A DNA stretch of 64,000 nt from Oculina patagonica (GCF_052425735.1 NC_135768.1:1054001-1118000), one strand, 5' to 3'. Numbered from the stretch's first letter, positions 40,849 through 53,535 are shown. Program-made: numbers and translations. The notes: generated from the sequence alone by a model not told the origin.

Positions 40849-43800
40849 ATGGCGTTGTTCTCGTTGCTTTTTATTTTACTGGCAGTCAACTCGGCTTTGT
40901 CAGCGCGAATTGCTGGTTTTTGTGTGCTTGGAGGATCACAGTACATTAACATGAGGCATACATTGGAAGAATTAGCATCTCGGGGTCACGAGGTAGAGTT
41001 GAATTTTGTATCCTTCTCCCAGGAACTGAAGCGGAACTTTTCTCGATCTCTGTTTTGTTACGTTTTTCACGTTTCTCACTGAAATCTTAATCTTAAACCT
41101 TGCATGAATCGACAATTGACCGTTCTTTATTGAAGTGGTTAAAAGACTTATTTGAAATTTCATTTTTTGTGGCTTCGTTCACAGTCGTGAGCTGCTGCAT
41201 GAAAAGGCCCTGCCGGTGGGGGGTGGGGATGGGAGTGGAGTTTTCGCATATATCGAAAGGGATCGCAAACGTATCCAAGACATCCAAGGATCACTATTCT
41301 TTAGTAGGTTACTTGATTATTTCTAAGGCTAAGAGATATTTTCGGTTCGAGCGGCAGACAGTCCGGAATTGAGTGTTCAGCCTTCTTCTTAGCAGTGGAA
41401 ACCCGAAATGGCATAACTCGCTTAAAACGCCTCGGATCGGCCTGAGAACCGAGATAACAACAGACATAAAAACAAGACATCGAGGGAAGTTGATTTTATT
41501 GTCAAAATATCATTATTTCTAGCTATAAATTCAAAAGCGTTTTCTCCCATACAAACCTTTATAAATACGAATCGTTGTAACACAACACCTCCTTATGGGT
41601 AGGCACTGTGTTACGTGTCTCGTCCAAAACATAACGCAACGACCCCGCCCAGGTTCAAACCCGCGCCTCTTGATACAAAAAATTGACTGATGTCTTCGAA
41701 CAAAAAAAAAAAGGTAAAGCCTGCTGTCGAGCCAAGTGGCTCATCAGGCCGGAGCTTATCCCGGTTTCTGTAGCATTAAGCGGCTAGGAGTATTGCTACT
41801 CCCCCCTGGATGGGATGCTAGTCCATCGCATGGTTACCCCCCAGCAGTAAATTCGCCGGTACTCATTTATACACCTGGGTGGAGCGAGGCACTATGAGAG
41901 TAAAGTGTCTTGCCCAAGAACCCAACACAATGACCCCGGCCAGGTCTCGAACCCGGGCCGCTCGATCCGGAGTCCGGCTCACTAACCATTAGGCCACCGC
42001 GCCTCCCACAAAGTTTACTGTATTGATGATTTTCAGGTTGTACTGGTTGCTGCGTCTACTGAGAACATAAAACCCAGCAAGACAGTACCACACAAGATTT
42101 ACCAAGTCCCTTATGAGCCTGGCTTTGCGGAGGCTGCCTTGGTACCATCTGAACTTGAGGGAAACAAAATACAGATGATGTTGACGATGACTGAAATTCT
42201 TACTACTTTGTGTGAAGGAGCTTTAAATAGCACTGAGGTTCTCGAAGGACTAAAAGATTTTGATCTGATTGTTAATGACGGTCTAACATTTTGTGGTGCA
42301 TTGATTGGTGAAGGCCTTGGCATTCCAAGAGTGGATATTTTGACTATTCCACCGAATTCCCCGTACAGCTTTAATTACATGATACCCATGCCCGTCTCTT
42401 ATGCTCCACAAATGTTCACGGGATTTGCGGATAAAATGACTTTTATGGAACGTGCCGTGAATTTGGGATTATACCTTGGTGTGAAACTATTCATGGATAT
42501 TGCATTTAACAGACCCATGGACGCGCTGAAAGTCAAGTACAACATTAAACCTGAAAGAAGCTTTCAGGAAGCTGTTGCTGATGCCGAACTTGCTATAATT
42601 ACAGCAGATTTTGCTTTGGAATACGCACAACCTTTACTACCAGGTAGGAAGTGGGGCATGCAGAGGGACGGGAGGGGTCCTCACAGTGTTGAAACATAAA
42701 TAGAAGTCTATCTTGCTCAATGACTCCTCTGTGGTTTTTATTTACTAAATGTTTTTATTTTTTATTTTTGCGATGATTATATTTAACAGGCAATGTTATG
42801 GTTGGACCACTGAATGTCAGAGATGCTAGACCCCTCCCCCCTGATTTAGAAGAATTTGTCAGCAATTCAGGAGGACATGGTTTTATCATTGTTTCCTTTG
42901 GATCAAATGTGGCTTCAGGCCTTCCAAGATCCTTGGTGGACCTGTTAGCTACAGCGTTTGGGAAGCTGAAACAGCGAGTTGTGTGGAGACTTAAAGGTCA
43001 GAGTTAAATCAAGGCTGCAAAAAATCTGAAACTTCCCTAGTTTTACGATAAAACTGTTTTTAAAATAGGCACTCAACTTGGACGTGGCAAAGTTTAGGGC
43101 GGACATAACTAAATAAATATCGATGTACCACGAAGGCATTTACTAGATGTAGCTCACTTAATTCAGTAACCTAGAGCAGTTTTCAATTGAGTGTCGTAAA
43201 ACCAAAACCAAAGTAATTACTCTGGCCAACCACAAAGAACACAGACAATCCAGTGAACCAATCAAAACTCGAATCAAATACATGTAGCTGATGCAAAGCG
43301 CGGGAAAACGTGCGCGAGCGAGTCACGATTGGTTTTGGTTTTAGTTCTGATTGGCTGAGAAAGTGGCACGAGATCTTTAAGCCAATCACTAAGCGTAGTA
43401 ATGCAAAACCAAAGCAAACGCAATTTACTTTCACTCAAGTGAAAACCGCTCTATTACTATCCTTTCTCGCAGGTTACATCCCTTCCTTTCTTGGCACAAA
43501 CATCAAAGTAGTGGACTGGTTACCTCAGAATGATCTCTTGGCTCACAAGGACATCAAAGCTTTTGTCTCCCATGTGGGACACAACAGTCTTTATGAGTCG
43601 GCGTATCATGGTGTCCCTGTGGTGGCTGTTCCGTTTTTTGGAGACCAGCAAAGCAACGCCAAGAAAGCAGAACATGCCGGTCTTGGTCTTTCTGTGAATA
43701 CTAAAAACAGTAATGCCGCTGAGCAATTGTTTCAAACGATTGAGCGTGTTATTAATGAACCCAGGTAAAATATTTGATTCGTTTGTTCATGCATGTTTGG

Positions 43801-44772
43801 TTTTGGTATTAGGTTCATGTTGAGCAAGACACCTGAGCTTTCACACGTCAATATGACAAATAAAAAAAACTACTGCTCAAAATGACTGATAGCATTTACA
43901 GAAGCACTACGGTAAAGGTATTAAAGGTAAGCTAATTTATTTAACGTCAAATACACGAGGAGTGGTTACCCAGCCTCCCGAGTCAGAGGCTCATGGTAAA
44001 TTTGACAATTTGACAATTTAGTAAGACCAGCATTTCATGTCCCATTGAAGGACACCATATGCACAAAACCATTTTACAAAATTATAAAGAAAGGCCTGGA
44101 AGGTAATCATAGAGAAAGTCCCCATGCGAGCTGTCGGATAAGGTAAAAGGTGGTTTGACTTCAAATCGGAGTACGCAGTTAAGTTTCCAAAATCCGCAAA
44201 CTTCCCTGTTGCTGACCAGTTAAAGAGAACACTATTGGTACAAGATTGATGCAAAATCCGATGAATAATAGCATAAGCACTAGGTTTAAAAAGTGGTGCT
44301 TGTAATCCGAACTGAAAACTGAAGGCCGCTTTTATCTTAAACATCAGAGGGAGTGTCAACTCAAATAAATATTACGTTTGACATCTTACTAAATTTTCCT
44401 ATGACCAGCTACCTGGAATGAATTAAATTAGAAATTAGTTGCTTCTTCTCTTAATGATGTAACCAAAAAGATGAACCTTTCTTTTTCAGATTCAAAACAA
44501 AAGCAATGCATATCTCTGGTCTGTTAAAGGATCGTCGACGAACGCCTCTTCAAGAAACCTGTGATTGGATAGAGTATGTACTCAGACATGGTGGAGCCCG
44601 GCACCTCAGAGCTCAAGTGTTTAACATCCCTTGGTATCAGTACTACTTACTTGACGTCATGGCCTTCCTTGTTGCTATAGTGACCTTGGTTGTCATGGTG
44701 ATACGCTTGGCATTTAGATGCATGTGTCGTATTTGCTGTAGAAAGGATGATAGCAAAACTAAGAAGGAGTGA
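40849..44772 (+). CDS. UGT: UGT gene F, 510 aa: exons 40849-40992, 42037-42643, 42790-42996, 43473-43764, 44490-44772
   Basis: Exon lengths 144+607+207+292+283; GT-AG; UGT signature ending PFFGDQ; TM helix and KTKKE tail. Confidence 0.93.
41710..42008 (-). mobile_element. tRNA-derived SINE, family 1 (full length)
   Basis: Reverse-complement homology to 60-345 with intact A and B boxes. Confidence 0.85.
43172..43453. mobile_element. Palindromic MITE just upstream of the exon 4 acceptor of F
   Basis: TAGAGCAGTTTTCA...TGAAAACCGCTCTA termini with internal inverted repeats. Confidence 0.7.
43910..44375 (-). mobile_element. CR1/L2-like LINE 3' fragment; related 3' end at ~11855-11990 with a (TTGA)n tail
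   Basis: Both share CGAG(T/C)CAGAGGCTCATG and end in simple-repeat tails after an AATAAA-like signal. Degenerate ORF remnant. Confidence 0.45.
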
Positions 44773-45011
44773 AAGATGGAAAACTAATATTATAGAAACA
44801 GTGTGATTATGTTTTAATAGTCAAATTTATGCCTTTTGTAGATTTTTAGTCTCTTCTTCATTGTAACGTACGACAGAAATATACTGTTGAAAATGAGGTC
44901 TTAAAGGATTGATGCAACTAAAATACAAGGGGAACTTTATAGTTTTTCACGTTTATGCCACGAGAACTTATCCCTCTTTAAAAAATCGTTATATTTGGTA
45001 AAAGGCTTCTT

Positions 45012-45563
45012 GATATCTCTGGCCTGTTTATATTACACCCACTTTCAGTGTTACGTGCATAGCGGCTTTCTGTCGACATCCATCTTTCGACGTGCTAAAC
45101 AAACAACACGGATCGAAATCCGCCAATCACAGCCCACTAGCATGACCTTCTGACCTTTTCGCACATTTGCATGAAACCAACAACGGTATGTACAGGTTTT
45201 GATTGGCTCATTTCAAACAGCACGTCGAAAGACGATGTCGAAAGATGATGTCGAAAGATGGATGTAGAAAGATAGCTATGCACGTAACACTGAAAGCGGG
45301 TGTAATAAGGATCGTCGACGAACGTCTCTTTAAGAAACCTGTGATTGGATAGAGTATGTACTCAGACATGGTGGAGCCCGGCACCTCAGAGCTCAAGTGT
45401 TTAACATCCCTTGGTATCAGTACTACTTACTTGACGTCATGGCTTTCCTTGTTGCTATAGTTACCTCGGTTGTTATGGTGATACGATTGGCTTGTAAATG
45501 GCTCGTGGATGTCTATGTCGTGTTTGCTGTGAAAAGAGTGAAAGCAAAACTAAGAAGGAGTAA
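45012..45563 (+). pseudogene. Duplicated, disrupted UGT exon 5 downstream of gene F
   Basis: Exon-5 sequence ISGL..KDRRRT..ETCDWIEYVLRHGG...KTKKE* is split by a MITE (45033-45305) and carries frameshifts, including a ~11-nt insertion near 45500. No splice acceptor. Confidence 0.88.
45033..45305. mobile_element. MITE disrupting the pseudo-exon 5
   Basis: TIR TTACACCC(A/G)CTTTCAGTGTTACGTGCATAGC with TA flanks. Confidence 0.85.
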
Positions 45564-46204
45564 AATATGGAAAAGTTAAATGTGACTCGTGTGTGTGAGA
45601 GTAAGTTTTGAAGTTTTTCCTAATTGTAACTAATATGCGAAAAAGTGTAGTTCTGATTTTCGTGCAGATAATTAGATTCAGATTTGAAGGATATATGAAG
45701 CTGCGCTGTTTGCAGTTACGTTTCGAGCATTTTACAAGTCCACCCAACCCTCCTCACTCAACTACTTTTCAAAAAAAAAAAAACGACTGATAAAACAGCT
45801 TTTTTAAAACACCGGGTATTTGGTTTTAAGATCGAGGCTTTGCTATCCCCACGACGCTAAGCGTGATGAGGTAAAAGAGCGTCTGCGTGGATAAACTGAG
45901 ACAAAAGTCAGTGGACAAATTACAGTCATGGAGTTATGACCAATTGTTACAAATGTACGCAATGTCTGCACAGGTATGCAAAAGTGCAGGAAGACAGTAG
46001 CGGCTTTCCAGCAAATCTAAGCTCTAAAATTTGATAAAACAAATCTTCACGGTTCTCCGTTGACCTTTAACTGCTGGCCATGCTTTTCATCGCCCCATTG
46101 TAAGGGGCCCTAAAGGGTAAAAAGGGAAATGGGATTTGGGTCACTGGGACTGGGAATCATAGACAAAAAACATACGCAAAACATACGCTGAGAAATGGAA
46201 TTAT

Positions 46205-46631
46205 AGCTCAAATATTTGTCCGTCACTGACTATTATAAAACGTTTTAAACAACGTTTGTTTGAAACTTATAAAGACGATTCGGCCAGAACACGCGTGACA
46301 CGGCGAAAGCGCGCGATCGCTGCGCGAGACTCTAAATGTCACACTAGCGACTTGTAAATGTCGGGAATGTCAATATGTTCATTTCCCGCGTTCTGATCCC
46401 TTAGAGAATGCCATGCCTCAAGGAAGAGCCTCTTGTGATAGTCCGTCATCCTAGCCACGATGGTTGCCTGGTCGAAATCCATGTTGTGGTTGAAGGAAGG
46501 CCGAAGATTCTCGGCCGAAACGTCTTTATAAGTTTCAAACAAACGTTGTTTAAAACGTTTTATAGTAGTCAGTGACAGACAAATATTTGAGTTATGAATA
46601 TTCCTGACTGCAATTTCAGTGTTTATCGTTT
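46205..46631 (-). mobile_element. Penelope-like element fragment with inverted pseudo-LTR copies
   Basis: ORF 46339-46542 (HNMDFDQATIVARMTDYHKRLFLEAWHS...IPDIYKSLV*) resembles a GIY-YIG C-terminus. ~85-bp inverted repeats at 46205-46290 and 46510-46595. A 12-bp direct repeat AAATGGAATTAT flanks it. Confidence 0.75.
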
Positions 46632-46986
46632 AAATGGAATTATGTTCGTTCCTATTACCATTTTATGCTGCTGGGTCGAGAACAAAGGCACTTCTGGCAC
46701 TGACATCATTTGTGTCCTAAATTTTAAATTTTCCTGCTCTACCGCTGCACAATAAGGCCTATAACTTAGTTAAAACGGAAAAAAATGGACGGCAAACTGA
46801 TCCTGACGCCGTAAGCGGTCAAAAATAAACGAAATGGATAAACTTTGTGTACCGGCACTTGAGGACAAAACCAGTTGTCACGCATGGCAAGGCGCGAAAG
46901 GCTGGGCGCAACCTTTGCGCGCTCTTCGCATTGCGTGACGAGGTCGACACAACACCCCATCGAGGGCACGCACCACATTAGCGAAG

Positions 46987-49900
46987 ATGGCGTTGTTGTG
47001 GTTGTTTTTCACGCTTTTACTAGCAATCAACTCGGCTTTGTCGGCTCGGATTGCTGGATTCTGTGCCATTGGAGGATCACACTACATCAACACCAGGAAT
47101 ACATTGGAAGAACTGGCGTCTAGAGGCCACGAGGTGGAGTATAATTTTTGCACTGTCATGCTTGCTACTCTTGCTGAGCATCGCGAAATTCAGTTTACGT
47201 TTACACGGACCGATCTGAAGCAAGTCTGGAGCGGATCCAAAACTGAACCTGCAAAACAACAGGTCCAGTTTTGGATCCGTTTGGTTCCGTTCTGGACCGG
47301 ATTCAGAAAGATTGTAAACGGAAGACTTTTCTGGTCCGAAATCCGTCCTCCCCGGGGGGAACCGGATCAATTTGGATCCGTTTGGAACCAGTCCAGTGAA
47401 AAAAGCCGTTATCTTTGCTTATTGCTGGCTTGCAACCACCTGACAAAGCGGCCATGTTGGGGGGTCAAAACAATAAAATAAATTTTCGCAAAATTTGCAT
47501 GATAAAAAAGTTAAATTCCCAGTGGAGGGAAACGCTTTGTTCTTGTCCCCCAACATGGCCGTCGTGACGTCAGTTGCAAGCCAGCAATAGGTGAAGAATT
47601 TGCAAACTTTTGAATAAGTTTAGGGAGAGATCATAATTTATGTAGAGGGGGGCTATGTTGATTTTTAGGGGGGCATGAATTTTTTTCCTGTAAGATTTTT
47701 TTTTGAGGGGGCGGGGGGGGAGGTTATCGAAAATTTCTACCAATATGACCAATTGCATCCTCGGAGACCCAGGGGCAGTTAGTGGGGCGAAACGAAGGAA
47801 AACCGGGCAGAAATCGTAGCGTCGAAAGTTTTCAAGAACGGCACTTTCGTCGCTACGATTTCTGCCCGGTTTTCCTTCGTTTCGCCCCCACTAAGACCAC
47901 TAACTGCCCCTGGGTCTCCGAGGATGGACCAATTGAAGCTCTTAAAATCAAGTACAACATCAAACCTGAACGCAGCTTTCAAGAAGCTGCTGCTGATGTG
48001 GAACTTGTCATAATCACAGCTGATTTTGCCTTAGAGTATGCACAACCTCTATTACCAGGTGGGCAATCTTCAACTATTTAAAGGCATATATTTGAGCTAA
48101 ATTATGATAACATTTGTCTATCAAGTTCAAGTGAGCTCTTAATGTCAAAATCTAACATTAATCTTCAGGGTTTTTTGGGTCATGGTGGTGGATGGGGGGG
48201 GGGGGGTCATGGTATTATGCCCATGGTTGTGCATTATGCAATGAGGGGGGGGGCACCAAATAATAGAGGGGCTTCTAAGAAATACAAGGGAACAATCTTA
48301 AATCAACATAGCCCTCCCCCCTCTTCCACATAAATTATGAACCCTCCATAAAGTCTTCTTTATTTCTGACTTTTAGGTTGTATTTGTTGTTCCCTCATTT
48401 GAAAAAATCAAACCCAGTGAGAAAGTACCACACAAGATTTATCAAGTACCATATAAACCTGGCTTTGTGGAAGATACCATTTTGGGACCTGGACTTCAGG
48501 GAAAAGCAAGTTTCGCACAGTCATTTTTTGCAATGAAAGAGGTGATGATTACCTTGTGTGAAAGTGCTTTGAACAGTACAGAGATACTTGATGAGCTGAA
48601 AGGCTTCGACCTCCTCATCTATGAGAATCTTGATTTATGTGCTGTATTGATCGGTGAACTTCTTGATATTCCAAGAGTGGAGGTTATGCCTAGTCCTTCA
48701 AATCCAGCTGCTCCTAAACACATGATACCCATGCCTATCTCTTATGTACCGCAACAGTTCACAGGGTTTACTGATAAAATGACTTTTGTGGAACGTGCAC
48801 TAAATCTGGGAGGGTACATTGGGGCAAAGATTTTTTTGCATTTTGCACTAAACTGGCCAATGGATGCTCTAAAAATCAAATACAACATCAAACCTGAACG
48901 AAGCTTTCAAGAGGCTGCTGCTGCTGTGGAACTTGTAATATTTAGAGCAGATTTTGCCTTAGAGTATGCACAACCTCTACTGCCAGGTAGGCAATCTTCA
49001 ATTCTTTAAAGACATATTTTGAGCTAAATTATGGAAAAAAATATTCAACTTTGAGTGAGCTGTCATAATTAATGCATATATTAGAGTAATGATTTAGTCA
49101 AATCCAATGCTGAGTCAAATGTACTTGTCTGAGCCATGTTATACATCATATTGTGTTACCCTCTCGTGTTACCTTGCTTGAGTCAGCCAGGCTATTTTCA
49201 CATCATTCACCACTTGCTTCAAATTTGAATTTCCCTTTTCCCAATCCCAATGGCCTAATGGTTCGTGCGCTTGACTACGAATCAAATGGCCTGGGTTCAA
49301 GCCCTGGCAGTGGCGCTGTGTTGTGTTCTTGGGCAGGTCATTTTACACTCACAGTGCCTTACTCTCCACCCAGGTGTATATTAAATGGGTACCGGCGAAT
49401 TTACTGCTGGGGGTAACCCTGAGATAGACTAGCATCCCATCCAGGGGGGAGCAGCATACTCCTAGTCGCTAATTAATGCTACGGAAACCGGGATAAGTTC
49501 AGGCTGTATGGGCCACTTGGCTCAGACACAGAGCTTTATTGAAAGTGAGAAGAAGCCTCTGCTGAGGAGAGAGGGGAAGTTAGGAATTCGAGCCCCTTGT
49601 CACACCATGCTAGGGATGTTTGAGTTACAAGTTCACATTGGCCTGGCTGGAGATATTAAACTTATAATTTGTGGTAATAATTCAACAGGCAATGTTATGG
49701 TTGGACCACTAAATGTCAAAGATGCTAAACCTCTCCCTCCTGATTTAGAAGAATTTGTCAGCAATTCAGGAGGGCATGGTTTTATCATTGTATCCTTTGG
49801 ATCAAAAGTGGCATCAGTTCTTCCAAAACCAGTGGTAGACATGTTAGCCACAGCATTTGGGAAGCTGAAGCAGCGAGTTTTGTGGAGACTTAAAGGTATC

Positions 49901-52647
49901 TCAGTTGAATCCCTATTAAGTTGCTGTCCCTTATTAAGCTGCCAGTTGTCAAAGTCCCAAAATTATTGCCAGCATAAAACTCCAAATTAAAAACCCATAT
50001 TTAGCTGCCACTTTTGTTAAGTGACTGTAGCCATCTTTTGGCCATCCCGATGAGGATTCTTCTGTTGTTTTTACCTCTATTAAGCAGCCATCAAGCAGTT
50101 AGTTTGGCGTTGTTTTAACAGGTAATGGGAGATAAGAGGCCAATAATGAGGCCCTGCCAGGGGAGTTCCCCGTGTCGCTTGTCTTAATTTAACAATGCGC
50201 CGTGTCGCTATTTTATCAAACTCCACGTCGCTGTTGGTAGTAAAATTGAAGAAAAATTGCTTGTCCTTGTCGGAATTTAAGTTTTTCCAAAAGGGTTGTC
50301 GTTTGTCGCAATTTTTATGTGCTGTCGCTACTTTTTGGGCCATGTCGCTTGTCAGAACTTACCCTGGCAGGGCCTCAATAATAAAAGTGGCCACTTATTC
50401 CGTTTTTACTGAGTTAAGTGATGATCTTTTGATTTCCTAGAATAAAGTGATTCTTTTTTACCACACCTTGTGCTAATTTCTGACAAACACGACCATCCCC
50501 CTGATAAGTGGCCACTTTAACCACTTCCCAAAAGGTGGCTGCTTATAATCAGACATGTTTAGTACATTTGTTACATTAATTAACCATCAGTTTTCAATTA
50601 TTTGGTTGGGTATTGGGTGAGTGGGTTGGTCAGTCTATAGATTGTTTGTTAGACAAGTGAGTGGATCAGTCCATTGATCCAACTCTGTGTGAGTTAAATT
50701 CTTTATATTTAATTTTATTAACCTGCTGTGTATAATGGGTCGAAATTTCTACATCAAGCACGTTAAACATTTTTTATCAACTTTTTTAACTGGAAAGGTT
50801 TATTGACATAGTTGTCTCTCTCCCCTCCTGAAGGTTACATCCCGTCCTTCCTTGCCACAAACATCAAAATCATGGACTGGCTACCTCAAAATGATCTATT
50901 GGCTCACAAGGACATCAAAGCTTTTGTTTCCCATGTGGGACACAACAGTTTTTATGAGTCGGTGTATCATGGTGTCCCTGTGGTGGCGTGTCCTTTGTAT
51001 GGTGACCAATATAGTAATGCCAAGAAAGTAGAACGTTTTGGCCTTGGTCTTGCTGTGGATTATAAAACCAGTGATGCCCATCAACTTTCTGAGACTATTG
51101 AGCGTGTAATTAATGAACCAAGGTAAAAATTAATGTTGTTTAATTTGTCATAACATTATTAGGCAAGGACAAGAAGGTGCTTTCTCAAACTTAAAAGTTT
51201 GAGAGGCAAACCCTACCTCCCTGTTGTGAGAGGTGGAAACAGGTAATTCTGGTCAACAGGGCTCTGGGGAAGCTGCATTTCTTAATCCTCCATGCAGTGG
51301 ATTCAATTGCTTATTGAAACATTGATGAGCCTCAATCGCACCATTGATTTGGGGAGGAGAGGATCGCCACACAAACAGCATATGACGCAGTGCAGGGCAA
51401 GCTGCTGAAAACTCTTCTCTCTCTTTAAAGTCACCACCACATTGGGAACGTGGAGCGTGAGAGCCACGTTTCAACCAGGTAGATCTGCCATCATAGCAAA
51501 TGAGATGAAGAGGTCTTGTCACTTCTTGGTCTGATCGTCAGTGAGACGTTTTGGACATCGGAAGAGATGGAATTCAGTGGCAGATGGCACAACTATCATC
51601 TAGTCAGGGCATCAAAGAGGTAGTGCACCACATCGACAACTCTGCTCTCTCCAAAGTCAACATCCACATTAAGAACGTGTAACGTAAAGATCTTGTTTCG
51701 ACCACAAATATTTACCATCAAGGCAAATGCCATGAACAGGTACAAGCTGTCAATTTTTGGTCTGAGTGAGAGGTGGAGGAGAGATAAAATTTAGAGGCAG
51801 ACGACACAACTATCATCAACCCAGGCCATCAGAAAGATGGTGCACACCACATGACGTTGCTTTGATGTTGACACTAGAGACAAACAAGGCCGTGATAACC
51901 TGAAATCTATAGACTGTTGGATAAGGTATTATTTTCAGGATCAGGACCAGACACAGTCATTTCATCCAGTGTTATGCTTCAACAAGCGAGGTAGCTGAAG
52001 AGGACAAGGATGATTTCTACCACAAGATAGTCAACAAAGTGAAGAAGATCTAGTCATCATTGTTCGTGATTTAAACGCGAAAAGGGATGTATTTCAGATG
52101 CGTAGCAAATTGCTAGGGGTGGCTTTCGACAGAGAGTGCTTGTCCAGTCCCTGAATTCTCCATTGTGTGCCTCATATATGGGTTGAACCCAGCCACGAGA
52201 AGGTAAAGCCTTACTCTTCTCTTGCCTTGGCTCAAACCCTGTATATCAAAGGCGTGGAACGGAGAGTTCAGGGACTGGACTTTGAAGGTGCCAGTTATGT
52301 CAGATTGTAGAATTTACTCTAAAACTAGTAAACTAAGTGTAATCTCCTTGACTTTCTTCTTCAGATTCAAAAGTAAAGCAATGTATATCTCTGGCTTGTT
52401 GAAGGATCGTCAACGAACGCCTCTTCAAGAAACCTGTGACTGGATAGAGTATGTACTCAGACATGGTGGGGCCCGGCACCTCAGAGCTCAAGTGTTTGAC
52501 ATTCCTTGGTATCAGTACTACTTACTTGACGTCATGGCTTTCCTTGTTGCTATAGTAACCTTGGTTGTCATGGTGATACGATTGGCTTGTAGATGTCTTT
52601 GTCGTGTGTGCTGTAAAAAGGGCGATGACAAAACTAAGAAGGAGTAA
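46987..52647 (+). CDS. UGT: UGT gene G, 511 aa: exons 46987-47133, 48377-48986, 49689-49895, 50834-51122, 52365-52647
   Basis: Exon lengths 147+610+207+289+283; GT-AG (the exon 4 acceptor is AAG); UGT signature ending PLYGDQ; TM helix and KTKKE tail. Confidence 0.92.
47744..48058 (+). pseudogene. Remnant 3' part of a UGT exon 2, with donor and intron-2 flank, inside intron 1 of gene G
   Basis: PIEALKIKYNIKPERSFQEAAADVELVIITADFALEYAQPLLPG|GT is followed by sequence similar to intron 2 of B and D. A MITE interrupts it at 47756-47926. Confidence 0.85.
47756..47926. mobile_element. 171-bp near-perfect hairpin MITE
   Basis: TIR CATCCTCGGAGACCCAGGGGCAGTTAGTGG; 9-bp TSD GACCAATTG. Confidence 0.88.
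49250..49540 (+). mobile_element. tRNA-derived SINE, family 1
   Basis: Homology to 60-345. Confidence 0.8.
50148..50376. mobile_element. MITE with GAGG...CCTC termini
   Basis: TIR GAGGCCCTGCCAGGG; flanking AATAAT repeat; internal TGTCGC repeats. Confidence 0.75.
51250..52090 (+). mobile_element. Decayed RTE-clade LINE 5'/endonuclease relic in intron 4 of G; homologs in B (~9650-9920), C (~18440-18880) and D (~28540-28720)
   Basis: Fragments IGTWSVR and FIQCYASTSEVAEEDKDDFYHK...LVIIVRDLNAK match the APE endonuclease motifs (GTWNVR, QxYAPT, GDFNA). Confidence 0.7.
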
Positions 52648-53234
52648 CGTGTTGTTGCTGCTGCTGCGAATAGTTAGTTTTTCCATTGCAACTTATCCCA
52701 TTGGTACCTGGAGAGGTTTGAAAAAGGCGCATTTTTGACATTTTCTGATTAGTTTTGAGCTAATTCTGCTCCAAACTACTCGAAACGGCATGTGCGACAT
52801 AAAAGCATGTCTTTCTTTCTACTTGCATCCTGTTTTATGACATTTTTGCTCCAGCATGCGCAATGCGCAGTTTTGGGAGAGGAAGTTCCCTTCCACCACA
52901 GGGAACCCATACAAGCGGTGTGACAGTGTATGTTCGGAATATAAAGAAATGTATAAGAATATCGAAAGGGTCTCATCATCGTAAAAAAAACTGCAAGTAA
53001 TTTCTACATTTAAGCTCCAAATAAACTTAAATCTACCTCATTCAGTTTGTTTATTTTGCGGTCTCTACGGCTAAAAATGGCGAATTTTGAACGATTTGAA
53101 GGGTTTTGCATCAGATCTCCTATTTACTTTGTTGCACGCGGAAGACTGTATGGTCTTGTATCATAAAATCCATAATAAAACCCGTGATAACTTGTGACGT
53201 ACAAATTAAGTATTATTAAGCCAAGTTTGTAGTA

Positions 53235-53535
53235 TTAAGCCATTCTTCTCCTGAGAAGTTAAATGAGTTAGAGTCCATTTGGATAAGTAAGTTGCGCACT
53301 AGTGAACCTGATGGCCTTAATAGGGTTGATCCGTGTGCATTACGCACCGGCGTTACTTAATTTTATAAATATCTCGACACACCCTATCTGTACTGTTATA
53401 TCATGTTACTAGTCGTTGCCATTTCAAATGTTACTACACTGAAGAGGACCGTTACGGTCGAAAGGCCTATGTAGTTTATTAAAATCGTAGCTGTATGGCG
53501 ATACACAATTTGTTCTTTTTAGTAAATTAAAATTA
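53235..53535 (+). mobile_element. Penelope-like element fragment
   Basis: Encodes ...EKLNELESIWISKLRTSEPDGLNRVDP..*, matching the GIY-YIG C-terminal E..WI..L.T..P.GLN pattern, followed by a hammerhead. Confidence 0.7.
53433..53475 (+). ncRNA. Minimal type I hammerhead ribozyme (Penelope-type)
   Basis: ACTACA-CTGAAGA-G-GACCG TTA CGGTC-GAAA-GGCC-TA-TGTAGT: 6-bp stem I, conserved CUGANGA/GAAA core, 5-bp stem II and a palindromic mini stem III. Confidence 0.75.

Noticed and set aside
43310-43472. Long N-terminal ORF extensions of exon ORFs (also 8853-9046, 38133-38304, 49508-49688, 52222-52364)
   Set aside because: These are intronic or MITE sequence upstream of conserved AG acceptors and are not conserved at protein level.
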